Below, piece after piece: positions 39,160 to 47,952 of a DNA stretch of 64,000 nt (its first letter is position 1; each line of letters begins with the position of its first letter). Source of the stretch: a virus. The position numbers were made by a program, and so were the translations under genes. Location: positions 1 to 64,000 of IMG/VR virus record IMGVR_UViG_3300005613_000030. One strand, 5' to 3'. Below the pieces are notes generated by a model that was not told the DNA's origin, did not search any database, and worked only from the letters and a program-made list of their open reading frames with translations.

Positions 39160-41061
39160 ATGGGAATTTTCGGTAAATTTGGTGAATATTTAGCAAAGAG
39201 TCAGAAAGATCAAATAGATGAATTAATGAAAGCCGATGGTGATGATTTAGTTGAAACACCAATGACATTAGAAGATGAAGAAAATAAGATTGGTAGAAAA
39301 GCTATCATTGATGATCCGTATTTTGATCATCAACAAACGTCAACTATTTATAGATCTAAGCAATCGCGTTTAACTAATAAGACGTTAAAAGATGTTTCTT
39401 TAAGAGATTGGTTAGTAAGTGCTATTATTCAAGTACGTGTTGATACATTGATGCGCTTTAGTAGAAAACAGTATAAGAAATTTGATATGGGATATCGAAT
39501 TATAAAGCTCGATCAATCACATGAATATACTAATGAAGATAGAGAAGAAATTGCTAATTTAGAAAACTTCATATACAATTGTGGTAGAACTGAAGGAACT
39601 CCTCCAGATGATAAGTTGTTATTTGGTGATTGCTTAAAGAAGATAGTTAGAGATGCATTAACTTTTGGATACATTGCTGTTGAGAAAGTATCCACTAGAA
39701 GAGGTGCACTACATCGTTTTAGACCATTACCAGCAGAGCAAATTTATCATATTAATAAAGAAACTGCTAAAAAACAAATAATTCAAGAAGCTGCAGCTGC
39801 TAGAAAAATGTATAAACCAACATCAGATAATGACCCAAGAATGGATCATGAAATCAATGAAGTAACAATTGATAAATATAAATATTGTCAAGTGTCATTT
39901 GATAATCGCACGTTAGCAGTATTTGGTGATGAAGATATGGCATTTAAGTTATTTAATCCTCAGAATTTTGCCGATTCAATGGGGTATTGTTATAGTCCAG
40001 TAGAATTATCAATATTAAACATATCAAACCATTTAAATTCTGAAAATTATAATGCTAATTTTTTCACACACGGTTATGCAGCTAGAGGATTACTACATCT
40101 TAAGGGCACTGTAACTCAATCACAATTAATCGCCTTTAGAAGGCAATTCTACAATACTATCTCTGGCACACAGAACGCATGGAGAACACCGATTGTTGCT
40201 GGATTAGATGATGTTCAATGGTTACCAATGAGTGGTAACGCACGTGATATGGAGTATATGAACTACAATATGCATTTAATGCGAGCCATATGCACTCAAT
40301 TTCAAATTGACCCTATTGAATTAGGTATGGATTTTCTTACCTCTGGTACAGGCAGAGCATCTGGAGCTGGTCAACAAGGGAATCAGCAAAAAATTGAATA
40401 CTCAAGGGAAAGAGGTTTATATCCAATTTTAATGTTTATTGAAGATTTTATTAATTGCGATATCATACCTGCCATTGATCCTAAATTAGCAAAAAAATAT
40501 TGCTTTAGATTTGAAGGATATACTGATGAGACACCACAAACTGAAGTAGCTTTATTGCAAGCTGAAATGACTGTTCATAAAAGTATGAATGATCTTCTTG
40601 ATTTAGCTAGAAAAGACCGTATGAAGCATCCAATTGCTGATTTACCGATGAATGCAGCTTTTTGGGCTAATGTTGAAAAGCATATGACAAAAGGTGAAAT
40701 ACGAGAATTCTTCTTCAATGATAAAGGCGCAGCAGAAAGAAAAGAACTCCAATATTTTCCAGCTGATCCAGCATTCTTAAATTGGCAGCAAATGTTAATG
40801 GCTATGGATGCTCAAAAGAAACAAGAAGAAATGCAGAAAGAGCAAATGCAAATGCAAGCTCAACAAGCTAGTCATGCAGAAGAAGAGCAGAGACGAGCTG
40901 CAGAAGAGCATGAGGCTAATATGAGCGATAGATCAGCTCAACAAGCACATGCAGCTGTTTCTGCAGGGCGTGAAAATTTACGAGAAGAATCTTCAAAATT
41001 TGGCAAAAATGCAGCAACTAATATTAATGGAAAAGTGGTTAAAAATCCTTTAAATGAGTAA
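39160..41061 (+). CDS. Portal protein (Twort/SPO1-like)
   Basis: KIVRDALT; YSPVE; YNANFF.HG..ARGLL; G..NAWRTP; RDMEY; QIDPIELG; SRERGLYP. Confidence 0.9.
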   Translation: MGIFGKFGEYLAKSQKDQIDELMKADGDDLVETPMTLEDEENKIGRKAIIDDPYFDHQQTSTIYRSKQSRLTNKTLKDVSLRDWLVSAIIQVRVDTLMRFSRKQYKKFDMGYRIIKLDQSHEYTNEDREEIANLENFIYNCGRTEGTPPDDKLLFGDCLKKIVRDALTFGYIAVEKVSTRRGALHRFRPLPAEQIYHINKETAKKQIIQEAAAARKMYKPTSDNDPRMDHEINEVTIDKYKYCQVSFDNRTLAVFGDEDMAFKLFNPQNFADSMGYCYSPVELSILNISNHLNSENYNANFFTHGYAARGLLHLKGTVTQSQLIAFRRQFYNTISGTQNAWRTPIVAGLDDVQWLPMSGNARDMEYMNYNMHLMRAICTQFQIDPIELGMDFLTSGTGRASGAGQQGNQQKIEYSRERGLYPILMFIEDFINCDIIPAIDPKLAKKYCFRFEGYTDETPQTEVALLQAEMTVHKSMNDLLDLARKDRMKHPIADLPMNAAFWANVEKHMTKGEIREFFFNDKGAAERKELQYFPADPAFLNWQQMLMAMDAQKKQEEMQKEQMQMQAQQASHAEEEQRRAAEEHEANMSDRSAQQAHAAVSAGRENLREESSKFGKNAATNINGKVVKNPLNE

Positions 41062-41091
41062 ATAAAATACTCCCACTTATTTGCTCTATTT

Positions 41092-41119
41092 AAAAGGGTC
41101 ACTTCGGTGACCCTTTTTT
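41092..41119 (+). terminator. Rho-independent terminator after the portal gene
   Basis: AAAAGGGTCAC-TTCG-GTGACCC-TTTTTT. Confidence 0.9.
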
Positions 41120-41166
41120 ATTTCACAATAGTATAATGTTTCCATGTATAAAAACACTAGGAGATT

Positions 41167-41364
41167 ATGATACCGCAGACACATACGAGTATAACGATTT
41201 GTAGCTTACCATTATTATTTACTATATTTTTTATTCTATTGAAATTTACTAACTACATATTGTGGCCATGGTTTTGGATATTATCACCAATGTGGATGTC
41301 CTTTATATTGATCGTATTACTTATATTGATTCATTTAAGTATTTTTATATATAAAAGCGTATAA
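41167..41364 (+). CDS. Small two-TM membrane protein
   Basis: IFFILLKF..YI.WPWFWILSPMW pattern; AGGAG SD. Confidence 0.75.
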   Translation: MIPQTHTSITICSLPLLFTIFFILLKFTNYILWPWFWILSPMWMSFILIVLLILIHLSIFIYKSV

Positions 41365-41374
41365 GAGATGCAGC

Positions 41375-42115
41375 ATGTTTGACGAATCAGATTACATTAA
41401 GAAGGGAAATCATAAATATTTTAAAGCTGTTTGCAATACTTGTGGTAAAGACAGAGGATATCAGCGATTATCTAGTGTAATTCGAAACTGTTTATCATGT
41501 GCTACAAAGAAGAGATTATCTGATCCTAAAAATAACCCTATGTATGGTAAAAAACATAAAAATACAGCGCAGTTCCGCAAAGATACATATAGCAATGTTG
41601 ATTATAGTGATACTAAAATACGTTACAGTAAAAATGGTAATAAGTGTATTACCTATAAACAAAGATGTCCAATATGCAATAAAAGCGTTGGATATAGGCG
41701 TCATATTGATGCTAAACGCACATGTCGAGCATGTCAAAGCGATAAGTTACGTAAATACTCTAAAGAACATAAACGAATACGTTACTCAATGAAAGCTAAT
41801 TTACACTCTAGGCTGAAGCAGCATTTAATTAATAAGAATAAGAAATCTACGTTCGATATATTAGGGTATACTGTAAATGACTTAAAAATACACTTAGAAT
41901 CACTATGGGAACCGTGGATGTCTTGGGATAATTATGGCGCTTATTGTTCATATAAAAGAACATGGCAAATTGATCATATTAAACCAGATAGTTTATTTAA
42001 TTATGAATCGATAACAGATCCGGAATTTAAAGAGTGCTGGAGTTTAAGTAATTTACAACCCTTAGATAGCTTTAAGAACTTAAAAAAAGGCAACAAATAT
42101 AATAAATCAGTATAA
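41375..42115 (+). CDS. HNH endonuclease (divergent WQIDH/NLQPL) with CGKDRGY N-terminus
   Basis: LGY...L..HLE...MSWDNYG...WQIDHIKP...NLQPL...NLKKG. Confidence 0.8.
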   Translation: MFDESDYIKKGNHKYFKAVCNTCGKDRGYQRLSSVIRNCLSCATKKRLSDPKNNPMYGKKHKNTAQFRKDTYSNVDYSDTKIRYSKNGNKCITYKQRCPICNKSVGYRRHIDAKRTCRACQSDKLRKYSKEHKRIRYSMKANLHSRLKQHLINKNKKSTFDILGYTVNDLKIHLESLWEPWMSWDNYGAYCSYKRTWQIDHIKPDSLFNYESITDPEFKECWSLSNLQPLDSFKNLKKGNKYNKSV

Positions 42116-42153
42116 TTATATTGTAAAGATAATAATCACAATAAGGAAGATAT

Positions 42154-42987
42154 ATGACTTGGATTTGTTTAGAGGGCGTCGATCGTACGGGTAAAAGCTC
42201 TGTTGCTGAATATTACAAAACTCAAGGATACGAAGTTGTACATATGAATGCGCCAGATAAAAAGTATTCAGAACCAGGATATACTGGTCCTGGTTATGTC
42301 GATGAATTATTAGAGACATATATGCAATATGATGGTAAAAAAGTAATTTTTGACCGTACTATCTATGGTGAAAAAGTATGGCCTACAGTTTTTGGTCGTA
42401 AATCAAAATTATCTGATGAAGATTTTGATGCACTAAAGGACTTTGAAGATCAAAATGATACACAGTACATTTTAATGCATGATCCAAATTTTGAAGCTCA
42501 TTGGCAACGATGTGTAGACTGTAATGAACCATTAACTCGTTCACAATTTAATACAGCAATTGCTATGTATGAAAGGTTAATTAATGACGGCTTCGAAAAA
42601 AGAACTCTCCCCGACTTCAACACAGAAATATCAAGCTTATCAACAGAGAGAGTCGTGGAGGAATCTGATGTATCTGCTGTACAAACTGGAGATAATACAA
42701 AACCTACTACAGACGTTTATAAACAATCCTCAGCAGTGGAAAAATCCACCCCAGTAGAAAAACGATTACAAAAAGCTAACGCTATTAATACAATATTAAG
42801 TAGTAGAATTGTTAAACGAAAAGGTGATATATTTGATGACCTTGAAAAAGATATTCGTAATTTTTTAAACAGCAAATTAGATAGTATATTTGGCAATGAA
42901 CAAAATAAAACGTTTACAGACGAGCAAGTGTTGATTCTAAAATCAATGGCGGATCGCATTGTAGAGAAACAAAAGGGGCAAAAATGA
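42154..42987 (+). CDS. Thymidylate/dNMP kinase-like protein with C-terminal extension
   Basis: LEGVDRTGKSS; IFDR. Confidence 0.8.
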   Translation: MTWICLEGVDRTGKSSVAEYYKTQGYEVVHMNAPDKKYSEPGYTGPGYVDELLETYMQYDGKKVIFDRTIYGEKVWPTVFGRKSKLSDEDFDALKDFEDQNDTQYILMHDPNFEAHWQRCVDCNEPLTRSQFNTAIAMYERLINDGFEKRTLPDFNTEISSLSTERVVEESDVSAVQTGDNTKPTTDVYKQSSAVEKSTPVEKRLQKANAINTILSSRIVKRKGDIFDDLEKDIRNFLNSKLDSIFGNEQNKTFTDEQVLILKSMADRIVEKQKGQK

Positions 42988-43205
42988 TTTTTATTCATAG
43001 AAAAAATGGTAGTATTGTGATTGCTGAACGAGATGGTATATCCTTAGATGATCAGCATGGTAGTTATGAGCACGTTGGTGGCTTCATAATGTATAACAAG
43101 TATCCACGAACTGTGCACTTACATATAGAAGATATAAAAGGTGATATAAACTTTTACTCATTAGAAGAGTTATTAGACAAATATGACTTTATTGGATGTT
43201 TATAA
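42984..43205 (+). CDS. Hypothetical protein
   Basis: ATGA-coupled ORF. Confidence 0.6.
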   Translation: MIFIHRKNGSIVIAERDGISLDDQHGSYEHVGGFIMYNKYPRTVHLHIEDIKGDINFYSLEELLDKYDFIGCL

Positions 43206-43217
43206 TAGGGAGACATT

Positions 43218-43862
43218 ATGAAAGGTTTTAAACAGCAAAGTAGTCCATCGACTAAAAGTAAAATGCACGACTTAGAAAAGAATTTACAAAATGCTCAAAT
43301 GGCTGTAAATGTTACTCAACAAATGACTAAACAATTAATGAACAGTGTAACTATGTTGAGTAAAGATTCTAATAATATTTTGAATTTAGCTAATGATTTA
43401 CAATACAGAACTCTTGCGATGATTCAATTGTTAAAAGTTGATGTAGATGAATTAGATAAGCTAGCCGATGCAATTAAATTAGAAGAATACAATAAGTTAT
43501 CTGATGAAGAAGATGCAAGAATGAATTATTCAATCGGTGATATCGTTAAAGAAGAAAGTATCATTATTATAACATCGACTACTGATACTGAGCAAGACCA
43601 CGGTATCTTTAGATCAAAGATTGGTGTGTCTCAAATTCCTTATCCAGAAATGAAAAAAGATATAATTGGTAAAAAAGCTGGTGATAAATTTGATGCAGAT
43701 ATTCAAGGAGTGCTTCATCATATCGAATTGCTAGGTATTCGCGAACTACCTAAAAAATTAGAAATAGTCGAAGAAGAAACAACACCTAAAAAATGGGCTC
43801 ATAAAGATTGCGAGTGTGATAATAAAGATTGTGGGGATAATTGCGCCTGTGAAAAAAAATAA
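43218..43862 (+). CDS. Coiled-coil protein with FKBP/trigger-factor- or GreA-C-like domain
   Basis: PEMKKDIIGKKAGDKF...IELLGIRE resembles the FKBP/GreA C-terminal pattern. Confidence 0.45.
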   Translation: MKGFKQQSSPSTKSKMHDLEKNLQNAQMAVNVTQQMTKQLMNSVTMLSKDSNNILNLANDLQYRTLAMIQLLKVDVDELDKLADAIKLEEYNKLSDEEDARMNYSIGDIVKEESIIIITSTTDTEQDHGIFRSKIGVSQIPYPEMKKDIIGKKAGDKFDADIQGVLHHIELLGIRELPKKLEIVEEETTPKKWAHKDCECDNKDCGDNCACEKK

Positions 43863-44292
43863 CGACGAATCACAAATTGTCAAAGCTAAAATGGACAAAA
43901 GATGCCCAAGGAAATTAGAACATCATCCTTGCTCCTTTTGTCCATTAGCTGTTTTACGTCTTAAACAGCTAAGAAACGCTGGGCATGAATTAACTGAAGA
44001 AGAAGAAAGCAACCTTCCAGGGTGTCCTTGGGCTATCAATCATCAAATGTCAGATTATTGTTTTTTCAAGTTTGCAGCAGAGTATCTTGATTCAGGAAAC
44101 CCACCAACTGATATTGAGATTGCTCATATGAATTCAGTATCAACTGACACAATTAAGAAAAGTTTTAAATTAGGTCTTGAAAAGATAAAACAATCAGATA
44201 TGATGCAGGAAATTAATGAATCATACAATGGAGATGGTGTTCTTGATTCTACTCAGGAAAGTGATCCCGAGTATGAAATAAAGTATCGTTAG
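43849..44292 (+). CDS. Cys-rich protein with sigma-70 region-4-like HTH
   Basis: TDIEIAHMNSVSTDTIKKSFKLGLEKIK; start codon uncertain. Confidence 0.5.
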   Translation: MKKNNDESQIVKAKMDKRCPRKLEHHPCSFCPLAVLRLKQLRNAGHELTEEEESNLPGCPWAINHQMSDYCFFKFAAEYLDSGNPPTDIEIAHMNSVSTDTIKKSFKLGLEKIKQSDMMQEINESYNGDGVLDSTQESDPEYEIKYR

Positions 44293-44304
44293 GGGTAATA
44301 AACA

Positions 44305-44573
44305 ATGGAGCCAGTGTAACTTTTTGGTCAATAATTGGATGGATAGCTGCTTTAGCTGGCTTATTTTATCCACTTCCACAAGTAAAAAAATGTATTAAAT
44401 ATCGTAGTGCTTTAGGTATTAGTCGATATTTTTTATTTTTGTGGTTAATAGACAAAGCATTAACATTAGCATTAATGATCCATATGGATAATACAGCAAT
44501 GATAGTTAAATATGGATGCGGATTGGTGTGCGTGTTGATAATCATATACTTTAAGTTTTTTGGAAATAAGTAA
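44305..44573 (+). pseudogene. SemiSWEET/PQ-loop transporter, frameshifted after codon 4 (absent from the ORF track)
   Basis: Frame 44325-44573 reads WSIIGWIAALAGLFYPLPQVKKCIKYRSALGIS...FGNK*. SD-led ATG 44305 reads MEPV*. Confidence 0.7.
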
Positions 44574-44640
44574 CTTATATTACTACTTATAATTTATAGG
44601 TTGTATCTCTGATATAATATTTTATGGATAGGAGTGTTAT

Positions 44641-45183
44641 ATGGCTAAAACTTGTGAAATTTGTTCAAGAGTCATATGTGAATTATCAAAACAAAAAAAG
44701 TATTGCTCTAAGCAATGCCGTGCTGTAAAAAAAATAATTACAGCTAAACAATGGAATTTACAGAATAGTGTAAAACATGCAGCACATCAGGAAAAATGGC
44801 GTAAGAATAATAGAGAATTAGATCGCATTAGATCTTTAGAAAGTAAAAAACGAGCTACAGTTAAGCAGAAATTAAAAACAAGAATAGCAACTAACCTGCG
44901 CAGTCGTATTCGTAAGGCTCTTCAAAAAGAGCAAAAAACAGGTTCAGCAGTGAGAGATTTAGGCTGTTCTATTGTGGATTTTAAGCAGCACTTAGAATCT
45001 AAATTTACAGAAGGTATGACATGGGATAACTACGGTAGAAATGGCTGGCACATAGATCACATCAAGCCATTAGCTAGTTTCGATCTTGAAGATCTTGAAA
45101 AGTTTAAGAAAGCTTGTCATTATAGTAACTTACAACCCCTTTGGGCTAAAGATAACTTAAAAAAGAGTGATAAATATGAGTAA
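44641..45183 (+). CDS. HNH endonuclease (WHIDH/NLQPLW family)
   Basis: Conserved C-terminal module; overlaps the protease start. Confidence 0.85.
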   Translation: MAKTCEICSRVICELSKQKKYCSKQCRAVKKIITAKQWNLQNSVKHAAHQEKWRKNNRELDRIRSLESKKRATVKQKLKTRIATNLRSRIRKALQKEQKTGSAVRDLGCSIVDFKQHLESKFTEGMTWDNYGRNGWHIDHIKPLASFDLEDLEKFKKACHYSNLQPLWAKDNLKKSDKYE

Positions 45184-46603
45184 AAATAAATCATTAGAAG
45201 TCGATATGTGTGCTGGATCTGAGTTATGCGACTCGCAAGGTGAAACACTTTCAATTGAGGGTGCCGACATTAGTGAGTTAGAAGCTGGACGTGGAAGATT
45301 AAATGATAATCACGGGAAATCATATATGTCTAGCATTGGCCGCGTAACTGGTGCTAAAAAAATATTTAAAGCTGAAGACTGCGAAGATGAACGTCAACTG
45401 TATTATTGGGATAAAATAAAAGCTCCATATTTATATGTTAAAGGTGTTTTATATAACGATGAAGATCACTCTAATGCAAAAGCGGCTGCAGCAATTTTAA
45501 GAAATATCCATAAATCTGATTGTCCATTAAGGATTAAAGCCTCGGTAGAAGGTGGCGTAATAAGTCGTGGTGTTAAAGATCCCAACAGATTAGAAAGAAC
45601 TAAAGTTCACTCTATAGCGCTGACGTTCACGCCTGCGAATCAAGCCACGTTAGTAGAACCACTTAACTTATCAAAATCATTAGATCCTAATCAGAATAAA
45701 ATAGATGAAAATCTAATTAAATCAGTTATACATTTAGCTAAAAAAGACGAAGAAATACCATCTTTTAGACATGTACAACGAAATGCTCAAGCAGAAAAAA
45801 TAGTAGCTAATATAGATAAAATACAAAAATTAGCAAAAGCAACAGGTATTGAAGTACAATTTAAAACAACAGATCCAGGGTTATTAATAAAAAAAGCGAT
45901 TGAATCTAAGGTATTAAGTAATGTACAAAAAATTAATGCCTTAATGAAAGCAATACGGACTAAAAACAATACAGCATATGGAATACGTCAACCTAGTGCT
46001 GCTTCTAAAACACCTGTAACCCCACAAGCTGGGAAGACATATAATGCTGATAGAACATCTAAAGTAGTTAAGCCTGCTCAACCAGCTATAGCTAAAGATA
46101 CTTTTCATAATGACAAATCTAGTGGCCCACTAACCGAAAATACTCCTGCAGGTGGAACTGAAACTTCTATCCCGTTAAAGACTGGAAAACAGTTTGTACA
46201 GAGACAGCTGATACATAGTATTGCAAAAGGTATCCATGAAGGTACACATAATATTAATGACATACAAAAGCAATTAAATGATAAAGGAATTCATCCAGAT
46301 CGAGTTAGCAAAATAATAGCACATTTACATGATTATTCATCTAAGTTTCATAAATCAATAGACGAGATTGATGATCTAGATAAAGCACTAATGGCTGGCA
46401 CTGGTGGAGCTGGAGCTCCAACTGATTTAACGGGTGGTGGTGTTTTTCAATCTGAATCATTAGAGGGTGATGGACGTTTTAAATACATTACTTGTGATAA
46501 CTGCGGTAAAGAACAGATACATAGTAAACATCAAGTGAAATGCCGTGATTGTGGTAAAAATTTCAGTCTAAATAAGTTATTCAACACTATGGTACAAAAA
46601 TAA
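45176..46603 (+). CDS. Prohead (capsid maturation) protease with long C-terminal extension
   Basis: DSQGE; NDNH; LYVKG.LY; ASVEG; IALT..PAN..T; located before scaffold and MCP. Confidence 0.85.
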   Translation: MSKNKSLEVDMCAGSELCDSQGETLSIEGADISELEAGRGRLNDNHGKSYMSSIGRVTGAKKIFKAEDCEDERQLYYWDKIKAPYLYVKGVLYNDEDHSNAKAAAAILRNIHKSDCPLRIKASVEGGVISRGVKDPNRLERTKVHSIALTFTPANQATLVEPLNLSKSLDPNQNKIDENLIKSVIHLAKKDEEIPSFRHVQRNAQAEKIVANIDKIQKLAKATGIEVQFKTTDPGLLIKKAIESKVLSNVQKINALMKAIRTKNNTAYGIRQPSAASKTPVTPQAGKTYNADRTSKVVKPAQPAIAKDTFHNDKSSGPLTENTPAGGTETSIPLKTGKQFVQRQLIHSIAKGIHEGTHNINDIQKQLNDKGIHPDRVSKIIAHLHDYSSKFHKSIDEIDDLDKALMAGTGGAGAPTDLTGGGVFQSESLEGDGRFKYITCDNCGKEQIHSKHQVKCRDCGKNFSLNKLFNTMVQK

Positions 46604-46766
46604 AATCAATTATTTCATATATTTATAATCTATATAAATAAAAAAAAATCACATTAATTTTAACTAATCTTTAAGTCAACTTAAGGTTGGGTATAAGTAT
46701 GCTTAAGCAGCCACTTATGGTATTATGAAATCTTAAGTTAAACTGTAAGGTATTAATATTAACAAT

Positions 46767-46794
46767 GTTCTGTTTATTTCAAGGGTAACAGAAC
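46767..46794 (+). promoter_or_regulatory. 5' leader hairpin just upstream of the SD of 46811
   Basis: GTTCTGTT-N12-AACAGAAC. Confidence 0.45.
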
Positions 46795-46810
46795 GATAAA
46801 GGAGATTAAA

Positions 46811-47185
46811 ATGGGTAACAAAGTAGCAATCCTAGACAAACTCAAAAGAAACCTTGACATGAGATCTATTTCTTATGTTGACAGTGGTTCTTTTATTGTT
46901 GTTGATACAGATTGGACTATCTCTTATGAAGACGCTAGCATTCAAAAGCCTATGGGTGGAATAGATGATAGTTCTTCTCCATTTCTAGGGATTGGCATTG
47001 GTAATCCTGGAAAGATTAAGATAGTTGATTCAGCTAATTTACTAAATGTTATGATAGATAGTGAAGTAAAGCAAATTGTATTTGCTTTTGTTTGTAGTTT
47101 CGCTAATGATAAACTGTTAGTTGATAGTGGCGCCAATGAACGTGTTGTTCCTGGACATTCAGATTTTAATGGTTTAGGACAATAA
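46811..47185 (+). CDS. Hypothetical protein in the head operon
   Basis: AAGGAG SD. Confidence 0.7.
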   Translation: MGNKVAILDKLKRNLDMRSISYVDSGSFIVVDTDWTISYEDASIQKPMGGIDDSSSPFLGIGIGNPGKIKIVDSANLLNVMIDSEVKQIVFAFVCSFANDKLLVDSGANERVVPGHSDFNGLGQ

Positions 47186-47209
47186 TTTACTCTATCTAAG
47201 GAGACTGAG

Positions 47210-47929
47210 ATGAAAAACGAAGAATTAACGAAATCTCTTGTTAGTCTCATCGATGAAACTCTAGAGGAACTAGAGGAACTGAAGAAGTCAAAATTTACTG
47301 CTGCAGAAATCAAAATTGAAGGACCAGGAGATAAAGATGTTGCTGGCAAACCTACCAATGGCGAATTAGATGCTAAAAAAGCAGAAGATGAAGATGAAGA
47401 AGACGATGAGAAAAAAGTAGAAAAAGGCGTTTTAGACGAAGCTGAAAAGTCTGAAAAAGACGAAAAAGACGAAGAAGACGAAGATAAGAAAAAAGATAAG
47501 AAAATTGCTCAAAAAGAAATTGATAAGCATAATGAAAAAAAGCATGGCGAAAAAGAAGATGAAGATTCTGCTTATAAGTCAATGCCAGAAGAAGATAGCT
47601 TAAAGAAATCTCTAGAAGAACAAGAAGAACTTATTAAATCTTATGTTGATTCTAAATTTGCTTCTTTTGAAGAAAAAATTGCGGGCTTGATTAAAAAGAT
47701 CGATGAGATCGGTGATGCTCCTGTTGAAAGAAAAGGCGTTTCTGCTGAAAACTTTAGTGCTCTTAAGAAATCTGAAGAAGAAGTAGCACCTCTTTCTAAG
47801 GCGCAAGTAGCTGATAAGCTTTTTGAACTTAAAAAATCAGGAAATATTGTAGACACAGAAGATATTATCAGGGTTGAAACTGGCTCAAATGCAGACTTGA
47901 TGTCAATCGCTGAAAAATATAAATTATAG
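47210..47929 (+). CDS. Capsid scaffold/core protein
   Basis: E/K-rich coiled coil with repeated xxK-S/A motifs, immediately before the MCP. Confidence 0.7.
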   Translation: MKNEELTKSLVSLIDETLEELEELKKSKFTAAEIKIEGPGDKDVAGKPTNGELDAKKAEDEDEEDDEKKVEKGVLDEAEKSEKDEKDEEDEDKKKDKKIAQKEIDKHNEKKHGEKEDEDSAYKSMPEEDSLKKSLEEQEELIKSYVDSKFASFEEKIAGLIKKIDEIGDAPVERKGVSAENFSALKKSEEEVAPLSKAQVADKLFELKKSGNIVDTEDIIRVETGSNADLMSIAEKYKL

Positions 47930-47952
47930 TAAACTCTTAAGGAGAGAATAAG

